Below are positions 30,236 to 44,348 of a stretch of DNA of 64,000 nt, piece after piece. Under the pieces are notes generated by a model. That model saw nothing but the letters and a program-made list of their open reading frames with translations. It was not told the DNA's origin and ran no database searches. A program made the position numbers and the translations under genes. How positions within the stretch are numbered: the stretch's first letter is position 1; every line of letters begins with the position of its first letter. The DNA comes from Eledone cirrhosa (Eukaryota): positions 58,776,001-58,840,000 of the forward strand of contig OZ024746.1 of the NCBI GenBank assembly GCA_964016885.1. Reading direction: 5' to 3'.

Positions 30236-30708
30236 ATAGCTATAATTTATAATAAACGAAGCCACATTTTCCATATTTGACTTAATTGTTTTACATTACT
30301 TCGGAGTAAACAAACCAACCTGCGTACTTCGTCGAGTGCTCCAATCTGCATGCTGAGGTATCGGTAAACAACCAACATATACTCAATATCTATCTATCTA
30401 TATATATATATATATAAATTCAATAGGCTTATTACCTAATATCTGTGGTATTACGCAATGCTCTCCATATTGCACTTTTGTAGGCGGAATATTGCATAGA
30501 AACGGAATGCGCCACGAAGATAGATACGCGAGGTATCTTTAATAAATCATTGCCTTAGTACTCACTGAATAACTATAATGTGAGTACTCTGAACCATACG
30601 ATGCAGTTTTATAAAAACAAGGTTACTCTCTGATTGTGTGAGTGGGTCATGGCCGGAAATCTATGAAATAATTTTGATGACTCTCGTAAACTATGTATAT
30701 ATATATAC

Positions 30709-30777
<69 letters not shown>

Positions 30778-30798
30778 TAGTGAAATAAGATAGTATAT

Positions 30799-30874
<76 letters not shown>

Positions 30875-31008
30875 TATCTTATTTCACTATATATATAGTG
30901 AAATAAGATAACAAGGACGATTGGTTACTCCTTCGTTACGTTTATTGCTTGGTGACGCGCGTTTCGCCACTGATCAGATCAAGGCTCAATCTGTATCGAT
31001 CCGACTCT

Positions 31009-31060
<52 letters not shown>

Positions 31061-31064
<4 letters not shown>

Positions 31065-31898
31065 TAAATTAATATGTAAGTGATGAAACACAGATACCAA
31101 CACATCTGTATATATATTGCAAAAGAAAAGAGCGGGACATGATATTCCTACACTTATTTAACTCGAAACATATTTGGATCTTAAAGTCTAAACTTATCTA
31201 CGGAACAGGTTTGATTTTGAAATTTAAATGTGTCTAAACATCACGGCCTTTTGGCAATACAGTTCGTCTCCGTTGATTTATTATTTTAAATCGATATGGA
31301 CAAACTGTAGTATAATAATTAGTATACTTCAATCTGGCTAAATTTTTCTTTTGCAATATATATACAGATGTGTTGGTATCTGTGTTTCATCACTTACATA
31401 TTAATTTATACACTGCTCAGGGGATATTTTTCCTCATTCGAGCTGATTCCATTGTAAAAGAATTCATTACCTTATTAATTTTAACTGCTCCTAGTTTGAG
31501 CTACAAATCGCCTCATATATACGACTGTTATTTCTAGCAGTACGGTTATGAGACTAGTTAGATACTGTAAAGCCATGTTCGTCACGCAGTCTTTTAAATT
31601 ATTTAGAAGTGAAGCATATCAATTTGTCTCTGGATGTTTACTGAGGAGAGCGGGACATGATATTCCTACACTTATTTAACTCGAAACATATTTGGATCTT
31701 AAAGTCTAAACTTATCTACGGAACAGGTTTGATTTTGAAATTTAAATGTGTCTAAACATCACGGCCTTTTGGCAATACAGTTCGTCTCCGTTGATTTATT
31801 ATTTTAAATCGATATGGACAAACTGTAGTATAATAATTAGTATACTTCAATCTGGCTAAATTTTTCTTTTGCAATATATATACAGATGTGTTGGTATC

Positions 31899-31900
<2 letters not shown>
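31061..31900 (+). mobile_element. Non-coding HHR-bearing partial tandem element (518-nt period) with inverted 3' end
   Basis: 31130-31382 is identical by eye to 31648-31900, and 31061-31129 is the reverse complement of ~31343-31408. It is flanked by (TA)n. Confidence 0.8.
31636..31711 (+). ncRNA. Type I hammerhead ribozyme motif
   Basis: GTTTA-CTGAGGA-GAG..(GGGA..TCCT)..CTC-GAAAC-ATATTTGGATCTTAAA-GTC/TAAAC. GUC triplet at 31704-31706. Confidence 0.75.
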
Positions 31901-31951
<51 letters not shown>

Positions 31952-32373
31952 AGAGAGAGAGAGAGAGAATCAAAGCTATGTTCAAAGCATTTATTCACTT
32001 ACAATTGTTTCATCCAAACCTATCTTGGCGTCTTCGGAGCATTTATCAATGCTTGTACATATAATTGACCTCCTATCCAACGCAAGAGACATACAGATAC
32101 ATATATATATATATATATATTGATGTACAGTGGAGTGACATATATTATACTATACTATACTTGTACAGCAATTCAAATTTAAAATCAAAATCAAAATTAA
32201 ATTACTGACCTTCCCTGTTTATAGTTTAAAATATACATAACTATAAAAAGTTTAAAATATACATAACTATAAATAGTATCCTTAATATTATATATATATA
32301 CACATACACACATATACATATTCATACATGTATATATATATATAACTATGACCAGCAATTATGTAAAGAGCAA

Positions 32374-32561
32374 TAATTGTTTCTACTTTAGGCACAAGGC
32401 CAGCAATTACCCAGTGCATTACTGGTACTTTATTTTATCGACCGCGTAAGGATGAAAGGCAAAGTCAACTTCGGCGGGATTTGAACTCAGATCGTAAAGG
32501 GACGTAACTATGCTGGAAAGCATGGCGTCCGACCCTCTACCGATACTGCCAATCTACTGCC
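32374..32561 (-). mobile_element. tRNA-derived SINE
   Basis: Near-full reverse complement of the family consensus. Confidence 0.9.
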
Positions 32562-32670
32562 AGACCATATAGTGCCACATATCCATCAGATATTATACAA
32601 TGAAGGAAGTAACAGAAAGAATATTTTATTTTTTCACTACCTATCCTCATCACACACACCTCTTATGTAT

Positions 32671-32726
<56 letters not shown>

Positions 32727-32742
32727 GCGTATGTGTGTGTGC

Positions 32743-32826
<84 letters not shown>

Positions 32827-33471
32827 CTGTGAATGTGTACGTTTGTGTGTATGTGTGTGTTTGTGTGAATTGGAAACTAAAGCTGATAACAATTATTTTT
32901 TGTAAATAATCCTGAACAGTAAAAATCCGTAAGTATATTTGATAACATTTATCTCTACTTCATGAAACCAATATAAAAATAGTTGTTTTGGTTGATTAAA
33001 GAAAACTATAAAGTTTCGATGCATTTTTGTGCATTTCCGGGTTTATATATATATATACTCAGAGAAAGAGAGAGAGGGGGGTTAGGAGAGAAAGGCTAAT
33101 CCAAAAATATGGATTACTTAGCTAAATACCTGTCTTATTAAACTCAATTAATAATATCTTATCTCTCTCTTTCCCTCTCTCTCTCCCTCTCTCTTTCTTT
33201 CTCTCTCTCTCACTCTCTCTCTCTCTCTCTCTCCCTTTCTCGCTTCTTAATAATACATGCATATATTTATTTTGTTTATATCCAATTGAGTTCTTCACGC
33301 ATGGTTAAAATTATTGAAGGAATTAATTGACCTGCGTGCATATTATTTTATTCTTTTATGTTTTGCGATGACCTCCCCTTCCCGCTTGATGACGGTGTGA
33401 GATTTCTCATTGTGAGACTGCTGGATTTTCAAATTTGGCAGTCACTCTAACACTGACAGGTACCATCGCTG

Positions 33472-33870
33472 AGGGTGGTGGATTGGCAGTATCGGTAGAG
33501 GGTCAGACGCCATGCTTTCCAGCATAGTTACGTCCCTTTACGATCTGAGTTCAAATCCCGCCGAGGTTGACTTTGCCTTTCATCCTTAAGGGTCGATAAA
33601 ATAAAGTACCAGTAATGTACTGGATAATTGCTGGCCTTGTGCCTAAAGTAGAAACAATTAATATCGGTATTAATATCGGTAAGGGCGGTGGATTGGCAGT
33701 ATCGGTAGAGGGTCGGACGCCATGCTTTCCAGCATAGTTACGTCCCTTTACCATCTGAGTTCAAATCCCGCCGAGGTTGACTTTGCCTTTCATCCTTACG
33801 GGGTCGATAAAATAAAGTACCAGTAATGCACTGGTAATTGCTGGCCTTGTGCCTAAAGTAGAAACAATTA
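33472..33870 (+). mobile_element. Two head-to-tail young SINE copies (33472-33660, 33682-33870)
   Basis: A-box-like TGGCAGTATCGG, B box GTTCAAATCC, central GCCTTTCATCCTTACGGGGTCGATAAA. TAATATCGGTAAG flanks the second copy as a TSD. Confidence 0.9.
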
Positions 33871-34900
33871 ATATCGGTAAGTTTTTTTTTCATATCGATA
33901 CTGTCGGGCATCCACTGATGATTTATAAGTGCCCACCAACATATATTTCTATGGACTATGTGTAGGCTTCTACATAACCTGGACATTATTTTCCAAATTT
34001 GTAGAAAACTTATAATGAAACGATCGTTTGGAAAGAGGGGTGTATTTAATTATGTCTCATATAAAATAATACAACTGGCTATCCGTAAAATACGTATAGT
34101 TAGCACCCCAAACGTATAATTGGGATTATACTAAGGTATATCCTAATGTTTGTTGAGTGAGACGGAAGCTGGTCGGAGTATTGCTTAAAGCTTTCTCTGT
34201 TAATGTATTAAATATATATATATATATAAGAAAATTAAATAAGGTAAAAGCACAGGAGAAAAATACAATACAATGATGATATATAGAGATTTAATGCTTT
34301 ATAGAATAGGTGAGAAAAAAGAGGATGTTTGAGAGAGAGAATTAGATAGGCGATCATAAAAATAGACATGAGTGAAGCTCTTGTGATTTCGCATGCGATG
34401 AATAATAATTTAATAAATATATAGTTAAAGGGGCTGATGTACTAAATACCCTTTACAATAAATCCTTAAATTTATTGAAATTTTGTTCTGATTCACAGAA
34501 GGATTGTAACATCCTACGGGTAAATTGTTAGCAACTCCGATGAAGACATGAAAAAACAAGATCAGACTGTTTTTCCTTTGTAAGCAATTTAATTAAGAAT
34601 ATATTATTACTTTCTTGCAGATATTTCCCCTTATATTTCAAAGGTACCACCACTTTCCTCCATGCTTTTCTATGTTTGTTTCATGGCTCAGAGGAGAAAA
34701 CTTGATATAATCCAATGACATTCATATCATTCTATTGTGTGAATTACCTTTTCTTAGTATTTTCTGGAAGCGAAAATATTCACCTCTTGTTTCTACGATA
34801 CAACACTGTTTGTTTTGAATTGTTTATTTCTCATCTAAATAACCTTCTTTCATAACTTGCTGAAAGAACATTCCTTAACTCATATTTCAAATACTGGCTT

Positions 34901-35353
34901 AATAACTGTTTGTATTAAAGGCACAAAAGCAGCAATTTGGGGGGAGGGAAAAGTCAATTAAATAGACTCCAGTGCATTACTGGTACTTCATTTTATCGAC
35001 CCCGTAAGGATGGAAAGCAAATTTAACCTCAGCGAGATTTGAACTAAGAACGTTAAGGGCCGTAACTCAATGCTGCAAAGCATGTTGTCCGATTCTCTAC
35101 CGATTCTGCCAATCCACCACCCTAAATAGTGGCTTGATAATGATTTCTAGTATAGGCACAAGGCCAGAAATCTGGGGGGAGGGAAAGTCGATTAATTCGG
35201 CTCCAGTGCATTACTGGTACTTTATTTTATCGACCCCGTAAGGAGGAAATGCAAAGTTAACCTCGGCGAGATTTGAACTCAGAACGTTAAGGGTCGAAAC
35301 TCTATGCTGCAAAGCATGATGTCTGACGCTCTACAGATACTGCCAATCCACCG
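34901..35353 (-). mobile_element. Two older SINE copies of a subfamily with an extra GGGGGGAGGGAAA(A)GTC.ATTAA segment
   Basis: Same head and core as the main SINE family, plus an insertion in the tail. Confidence 0.85.
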
Positions 35354-35717
35354 AATGAGAAATAAATATTGCTGAGTTCCTCTAAATACTTGGTTATTTG
35401 AAAATTATAAGGATTGCTTTTTATTAAAAATATGTAAACAAAACAGTTAAACATGTTTGTATGCAAGAACGTCTACAATAAAATGAAAGGAGAATAAGCT
35501 ACACAATGATGATGATATCAACAATTAGACAAAAATATTGCGTAGTTGTATCTTGCAAACAAGTATGTGTAGATAACCAAGTAACAGTTTTAATTTGTTT
35601 AAATTATCTCCCTTCGTTATTTTAACTCTTCATCACTGAATTAGACAGACATTTCAATACATTTAAATCATGTGGGGAACTGCAACCATTGCATGCCTTA
35701 TAACACATCCGAGCGTG

Positions 35718-35821
<104 letters not shown>

Positions 35822-35955
35822 TTGGCGCTCTGAAATAACTATATATATATGAATGTATATATAGTGTATTTTGCAATACACTGTATGCTTAATTAAAAGC
35901 ATTTTGAGGACCTTATGATATTGTTTTAGAGTAGTGACAGACTCACTTACTTTAA

Positions 35956-36050
35956 ATTTTCAGCAAACAGGGGAGATAAAGTTGACAGAGCTATGTTTCG
36001 TACTGATTGGTACTTATCAAAGCCAAGTACTCCACCTGTTTGCTGAAAAT
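35956..36050 (-). ncRNA. Hammerhead motif, U3-A8 variant (inverted copy of 36253-36347)
   Basis: Reverse complement of the motif below, with one stem I mismatch. Confidence 0.7.
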
Positions 36051-36252
36051 CATGAATGTTTGAATCTTATAGAATGTCTAGTAATAATCAGTAACTGTAT
36101 TGCAAAATACACTATATATACATTCATATATATATATATATAGCTATTTCAGAGCGCCAATTATAATTTTCAATTTCTGCTTGACCGGCAACCGCTCTGT
36201 ATAATCAGTTCCTGATTATTACTAGAAATCCTATAAGAATCAAACATTCATG

Positions 36253-36347
36253 ATTTTCAGCAAACAGGTGGAGTACTTGGCTTTGATAAGTACCAATCAG
36301 TACGAAACATAGCTCTGTCAGCTTTATCTCCCCTGTTTGCTGAAAAT
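36253..36347 (+). ncRNA. Type I hammerhead ribozyme motif, U3-A8 core variant
   Basis: ATTTTCAGCAAACAGG-TGGAG..GGCT-TTGATAA-GTAC-CAATCA-GTAC-GAAAC-ATAGCTCT-GTC/AGCT..CTCC-CCTGTTTGCTGAAAAT. 16-bp perfect outer stem I. Confidence 0.8.
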
Positions 36348-36462
36348 TTAAAGTAAGTGAGTCTGTCACTACTCTAAAACAATAGCATAAGGTCTTCAAA
36401 ATGCTTTTAATTAAGCATACAGTGTATTGCAAAATACACTATATATACATTTATATATATAT

Positions 36463-36604
36463 ATAACGAATGAAGCGTGGTAAGGAACCAGATGGACCAT
36501 AACGCACCAGAGTACTCAATACATAGGGTAGTGGAGTGGGTAATAGGAAAAAGTTTGACCCCGACGGCAGAGCTCAAGCCGTTGGGTTTACACTTTTTCC
36601 TATA
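36463..36604 (-). mobile_element. Short Naiad pLTR-end fragment (family of 58354)
   Basis: Diverged copy of 58354-58474, ending in an inverted TTTTTCCTATA. Confidence 0.85.
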
Positions 36605-37183
36605 TGTATATATATATATATATATATATACTTACATACATATATGTAGATGCATTTTCATATATAAATGTTGTTTGTCTGTGAGAGTGTGTGTGTGTAT
36701 CTATGTAGTTGAGTGTTCGTTAATATGTGTGAGTGTGTGTAAGTGTGAGAGAGAGTGTGTGTATGTGTGTGTGTGAGAGTGTGTATTTGTGTGTGTGTGT
36801 GGAAGTGTGTGAGTGTTGTGTGTGTTTGTGTGTGTGTGTCTATGTAGTTGTGTTCTTGTCTGTGTGTGAGAGAGAGAGAGTGTGTGTGTATGTGTATGTG
36901 TGTATGTGTGTTTGCGTGTGTATGTGTTTGTGTGTGTATGTGTATGAGTGTATGTGTATGTGTGTATGTGAGTATGCGTGTGTGTGTGTGTGTGAAGTCT
37001 GAAGTAATTAATTCCATCTCCTGCTATCACCAATCCATCACTCAGTGACCCTACTTCCATTGACGTCTCTGTTTCACATCCAATGAGGATCGTTTTTTAT
37101 CTCCTTGGAGATATGTCTGAAACAATGGTTTACGTTTCATTATCGTATACATACACATGTACATATGTTTATATGTGTTTGTA

Positions 37184-37231
<48 letters not shown>

Positions 37232-37277
37232 AACACATAAACATATGTGCGTGTATATCTATATATATGTATGTATG

Positions 37278-37314
<37 letters not shown>

Positions 37315-37402
37315 GGTGGCTGCCAACTCGTTTTAGAGTATGGCCACTACTTTATATCCATGTAGGAGAACCCCTACCGATACGCTGAACGAGTGTGACT
37401 TT

Positions 37403-37900
37403 TTAGTCCAGCCAGCGACTTGAAAACTCTGGTACAAACACTACACTTGTGACAATTATTGACACATAGTGCTGGGCCCATGGTACCATGTGATGACAAG
37501 TGCAGAGAGATCTCCAGATATAAAGCAATGCCTGTGCCGTGAAGCTTTTATAGTGAGCAAAGCCACTGCACAAAGCCAGTCCCACTCTCTTAATCTTATT
37601 GTGTCAGGTCACCAGTTGGTGCTACTGGTAACATGTATCCCAGTACAACCTGTCCCATGGTCGGGTCGTTGGCGACTAAACTGGCAACCCCACCAAGGTT
37701 TCTTGGTGAGGAGGGTGACTTTGGACATCCTGCAGGACAAAAAGCAAAACCTGTCAAAGGGCAAAGGAGCTCTTAAGAGTCAATGGCCATCCAAATTCAC
37801 CGGGAGAGATGACCCCTTAGCCTTTGTCAAGGCAGAATTCTAGGAGAAGGAAAACTCTGATATAACACCTGCAACCCTGATGGTATCCAATGATGTTGAC
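37403..37900 (+). mobile_element. Probable LINE (RTE-like) 5' UTR fragment
   Basis: GC-richer unique block ending in TTCTAGGAGAAGGAAAACTCTGATATAACACCTGC. A related motif occurs at 48381-48436. The family assignment is from recollection of RTE 5' UTRs only. Confidence 0.4.
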
Positions 37901-38085
37901 TTGTCCTTCTTTTTGGTAAATATAATCTTGGATATATATATATACATACATATGTATATACGTATATATATAAATTTATATATATATATAGATACTTTTA
38001 TATATAAATATATATATAATATATATACATATATGTATATATACATATATATATATATAAATATATATTTATATATGTGTACATT

Positions 38086-38126
<41 letters not shown>

Positions 38127-38152
38127 CTATATCTATCTCTCTATATATATAT

Positions 38153-38440
<288 letters not shown>

Positions 38441-38447
38441 ATATATG

Positions 38448-38526
<79 letters not shown>

Positions 38527-38824
38527 GTGTGTGTGCGTGTGTGCCTGGGTGTGGCTGTGCATATGTATGTGTATCTATGTATAATCTTATATGTATTTCA
38601 ATATGGCCGTTTGCGTACATCCATAAATAGACATTGGGTGGGGAATGTTCAAATCACAATCGGGACAGCTATAGATCTTGTATGACTGTTACATTATAAA
38701 GTTATTTCCACTGAGGATATTGTTAGAAGGTGTAACCCTCGCTCTACCACCAACACCACACACACACACACACATGCTCACATTCACCCCCCCCCCCCTC
38801 TCTCTCATACATACACACACATAG

Positions 38825-38863
<39 letters not shown>

Positions 38864-39168
38864 AACATACACACATACACATACACACACACACACTGAC
38901 ACACACAATGAAACCACCGCACATTCATGGACACGCGAACATATAGACACACACACATACTCACATCCCCGCCTCTCTCTCTCTCTCTCTCTCTCTCACA
39001 CATACACACACATAGACACACATATAAACATACACCCACACACACATAGACACACACACACACACATAGACACACATATAAACATACACCCACACACACA
39101 TACCAACACACAAACTCACACACACACACGATGAAACCACTGCAGATTTACGGACACGCGCACATATA

Positions 39169-39210
<42 letters not shown>

Positions 39211-39357
39211 CATACACACACACACCCACACTCACACACAGAAACATACACACACACACCCACACTCACACACACACACAATGAAACCACCGCACATTCA
39301 TGGACACGCGCACATATAGACACACCCACACACACACAGAAACATACACACACACAT

Positions 39358-39390
<33 letters not shown>

Positions 39391-39464
39391 TGTATATTTT
39401 GTTGCTATCGTGACTATTACTGTTTTTTTATACTGGTGACATTGTTTTAGTTGTCATAGAAAAA

Positions 39465-39545
<81 letters not shown>

Positions 39546-39699
39546 CTTAAAACCACCGCACATTCATGGACACGCGCACATATAGAGCAGCATTCTACCT
39601 TTTGCGTCACTCTATATATATCAAAACCAACAGTAACCGGCATTCTCTGTCATCAAACAGGCTGAGCGAAATCTACGTTGGTGGCTTGCTATCCTGGTG

Positions 39700-39777
<78 letters not shown>

Positions 39778-39844
39778 ATGTGTGTGTATATATATGTGTG
39801 TATGTGTGTGTATATATATATGTGTGTGTGTGTGTATATATATA

Positions 39845-39903
<59 letters not shown>

Positions 39904-39938
39904 TTATATATATATGGATATGTATGGATATATACATA

Positions 39939-39972
<34 letters not shown>

Positions 39973-40098
39973 TATACATACACATATATATATATATATA
40001 TAGATGTATATACATATATATATATACATATACATATATATATATATATATATTTATACATATATATATATATACATATACATATATATGTATGTGAC

Positions 40099-40142
<44 letters not shown>

Positions 40143-40465
40143 CATACATACATACATTTATTTCAAATTGAACGACTTTCTACTTGATAGAAGTTTGCAA
40201 TCTCTTTTATCATAAACTGAGAACTTTTTAACGATTTACATGCAAAGAGAGAGAAAGGAAAAATGGCGAGAACAATACGGTATTCTATCTATCGTCTCGT
40301 TTTGTTCGATAACTTGAAACGAAAACGAAATGCTCACTGCCATAACTGTCCTGTTGAAATATTGTTGATGATGTTGTTGTTGACATGCAAGATAATTGGC
40401 AATATTTTATCGCCACATACCTACCTACTGCACACATTTTATACCTTATACGGATTATACATATT

Positions 40466-40506
<41 letters not shown>

Positions 40507-40641
40507 TGCAGCCCTACATATATATTTCATACTTTTACTTTATAGACACATCACAGACAGCAGTTTCCGTTTCCCAGACTTGTCAGCTTTATCATCACTT
40601 GCTTGTATTGTGTGCATATATATAAATGTACATATATGCAT

Positions 40642-40688
<47 letters not shown>

Positions 40689-40694
40689 TATATG

Positions 40695-40772
<78 letters not shown>

Positions 40773-40784
40773 CACACACACACA

Positions 40785-40847
<63 letters not shown>

Positions 40848-41952
40848 GTATATAAGTCTGTACGTATACTCACATGCATACACGTGGATGTGTGCCTGTA
40901 CCGTAATAGATTGATAAACTAAGTACTAGAAGGCACTTATAGTTCCTTTCTGGCCGATTATATCCCAGATAAGCCCGTACCCCAGCATGAGCACAGCCTA
41001 ATAACTGAAACCATTACAAAAGTATACACAAGCGACATCAGCAATTAAAATGTTAAAACAACGTTTTAACTTACCAACGAAGTTATTTTACAAATAAAGA
41101 AAATACGAATGCAAAATACCTCTTCAACGAAGTTCAAAGCTTTCCATTTTTCCGCCCAGATGGGAATTAAACATCGTTGGAGTGGAATGGGATGGTGGTA
41201 GGCGAGACAGAGATTGAGGAAGAAGAGACAGTCTGAAAGTAGAAATAATTATTCTTCCTGTGAGGATTGTAATCAACGTGAAGGTGAGGATTAGACGGGT
41301 GGCGATGGAAAGAAAGTAAAGAAGGATGTTAAAGAAATCTCACAGTTGTGTCTCAATTCAAAACTACGTTGATAGACAGGAACTGTCTTAAGTGATACAA
41401 TCCTGATTTATAGCAATGCTAAGCTGTTTGGCGTGTCCGAAAGTGTTATAAAAATGCCAATGTGATTCCTACAGGGGTTAAAACTAGACAGTTTGATGTC
41501 GATATAAACATTATTTTATAATTGAGCCAAAATTACAATCTATTTTCTCATTCTCATTTATGGCCTGTTTTAATTTATTATATATATATATATATATATA
41601 TGCATATATACACATATATGCATATATACACGTATGTTTGTGCACGTGTGGTGTAATACTTGGTATTAATCGCACAGAATGCAAATGTGTTGTAATAGAT
41701 ACGATAATAATAAGTACCATACTTCAATCGTTGCGAACTATATAATCTGGCGTCCATGATTACCTATCACATATATGATTCTTTAGTACCACAGCTGAGC
41801 ACCTCATCAATCTAAATCTGAAGATGGGGCCGTGAAAGCCTGAAACCATCAATACACATATATACTTGGTAAAGATACTGTTTCAAACTAAGCACTGATT
41901 AGGAAATGGAATGAATCCTAAAGATGGTCATTCTGACGTATAGTAGATTATA

Positions 41953-42027
<75 letters not shown>

Positions 42028-42058
42028 ATATAAATACTACCATTTTACATGGACAGAC

Positions 42059-42109
42059 AGCTTCCTGATGATTTCTCACGAATGAAACAGTTCTATTCCA
42101 ATAGAAGCT
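42059..42109 (+). ncRNA. Decayed copy of the 16558 hammerhead family
   Basis: AGCTTC-CTGATGA-TTTCTCACGAAT-GAAACAG..ATA/GAAGCT, with stem III partly lost. Confidence 0.6.
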
Positions 42110-42121
42110 CTTCTATATTAA

Positions 42122-42164
<43 letters not shown>

Positions 42165-42167
<3 letters not shown>

Positions 42168-43890
42168 AAAGAATGAAGAATAAGATGGTCGGCTGTACAA
42201 CAAGGGGCATTATTTCAAGTATTAACAATTGTTTCATTGATCAAGTGAGTCTAAAGGCCGCTAATCACTCGAAGTTGCGTCACTAGACCTTAAATCCAAT
42301 GATTACCTCTGATCAAATCCTCAGAATACTAGAGAACTCACATATGGCAATGGTATATATAGATACAGCGTAGAATGAAAACAATAACATCAATAATAAA
42401 ATATAATGATAAAGAGGTAAAGAAGTTACAGATGTAAAAAGTTAAGAAAAAATAAGTAAAAACTATATATAAGTACAGAAAATGATAGTTGATAATAGTG
42501 GTGGTGGTGAGTAAGTGTATGTATAAAGATGTGAGGGTGGAGGTAATACTAACATGAAAACCAACATTAGATTATACATACATATGTGGTGGTCAAAGGG
42601 TTAGAAGTAGAGAATAAGAGATAGTAACAAATGACAGATACAAGAGAAAAAACAATAAATTAAGAATTAAGTGAGAGATACGAGGATGAGACATAAGGGG
42701 TAGGGCTAAGAACGGGGAAGGGGGTTTTGACATGTGTGTGGGGTAAATGTTTAGCGTGCTGATTGTCTTATCTTAATGGGGTTGATGTGGCTTTAGGGAG
42801 AGACAGTGAAAGAAAGGTTAGGAGTTTTATGATCTAGTGACCAGCCAGTAAATTGACAGCTAATAACAGTGTGGTGGTATATATTCCGTACATTAAAATC
42901 CGGGTGGTTGAGCTCGAATTTTGAGATTGCTGGGTCGAATCATGTTGGTTTGAAATTTGTGAACTTGGTAGCTGCTTTGTGCCTACAGTAAATTGATCTT
43001 TCTATTTTGCTGTTAAGCAGTATCTTATCGTACTTTAAAATATGGAATAGCTCCATATTGCAAAGTCCGCAGTGGGACATTCCATTGTTGTAGGCCCTTG
43101 CTCCCGGTAATTTCAACCAGCTAATCCTATATTCCTGGTTTGTGTTCTTAAGCTGCCAGATTTTATTGACCAGCATTGTTGAGTTCTCTAGTTTACAGTT
43201 CTTCATAGAGTGTCTGTGAACGTACCATTTTTCTTTTAATTCCCCAGCTGTGGAACCTGTGTAGTGTCATGTCAAGTTGCCCGAATTTATAGTACACAGG
43301 TACACCATACTTGATTCCAGGCATCTATTTTGTATGGGCACTTATCCGATAGGTGGCAGTTACAGTTGGAGGCCTTCCTGTGTGCAGGTTTTCCATTGCG
43401 GTTTTGCATGTGGTTATGGATGGGTTGAGATTTAGGCCTATTAATGTTTTGTTGTGATGCGCCCTGGTGTGTGGTTGTGATGGTGTTATGTGTTTGCGTT
43501 TAGTATTTGGTGCTATGGTGTATGTTGGTAGGTTATTTTCTTTAGAGATTCTTTTGCAGTTGATTCTATGTATGCGTGATTCTATATTGGTTGCAGTAGA
43601 GTAAGAGAGTTTGATAGTTTTTTCTGTTAAAGATTCTATGGTATTTGTGTAGTTTAGATAAGTGTTTGTCAATTAGCTTAAAGAAGGTAGTTTGGTTTTT
43701 ATAGAGGAGTTGAATATTGGATTGAACCATAAACATTTCCTATCTCGCTTTGTTATAGTTCCTAAGGGTCCATATATTAGTATACGGTTCAGTTATTTCT
43801 GGTGCTCGTTGTCTAGTCTATGTTTAGTTCTATGTTTGTTATTTCTATAGGTGTGGGTAGTGTAGCTGTCGTTAGGTTTGTTCTTGCTGT
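42165..43890 (-). mobile_element. 5'-truncated, decayed Naiad-type PLE (linker + GIY-YIG + 3' UTR + HHR)
   Basis: WFNP, IKLSYST..NIE, MVYLCTI..YTGSTAGELKEKWYVHRHS, IWQLK..W, CGLCNME..ILLNSK.E...CRH, colinear with the 59642 ORF. Contains stops and frameshifts and is flanked by (TA)n. Confidence 0.85.
42218..42330 (-). ncRNA. Type I hammerhead motif with ~70-nt stem II insert (U10.1/U11.1)
   Basis: Reverse complement reads AGTATT-CTGAGGA-T-TTGATCA..(insert)..TGATCAA-T-GAAAC-AATT-GTT/AATACT. It lies at the 3' end of the Naiad relic, in sense orientation. Confidence 0.8.
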
Positions 43891-44348
43891 CTCTATCTAT
43901 CTATCTATATATATATATATATATAATCATTTATCTATTAGTGGTGAAGGATAGCTTGGAAAGCATGACATGCAGTCCATGATGGAGTCCAATTTCTATG
44001 GCGGATACTGCGGCTGTGGAGCCTTACTACACACCCCCCAGAAAATTATTCGTCATACCCTCGTCCATATTTAATGTGATATGAGATAACTTTAATGTGA
44101 AAAAATGCACTTCTATCAACTGGCCACGCTTTGGGCTTGATATCTCTCTCCACTGGACTTGATGCCCCTCCTCCATCATTAGTAACACACTGGTGACCGG
44201 CCTACCATGATAACTCTTATCGGTTACGGTGAAATGTGAGTAAATAATAAAACCTTCAAATAATGAGATATTTCAAATTCATTTGTAAATCATTTAAATT
44301 CTTCATTTCTTTTTGGAAAATTCATCGATCACTTTCCTATAAAATATA

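Noticed and set aside
33682-33780. tRNA gene
   Set aside because: A/B boxes are present but there is no cloverleaf, and the sequence is multi-copy with a SINE body and TSDs.
37469-37843. 124-aa ORF as a host exon
   Set aside because: No recognisable domain, and it lies within a probable LINE 5' UTR fragment.
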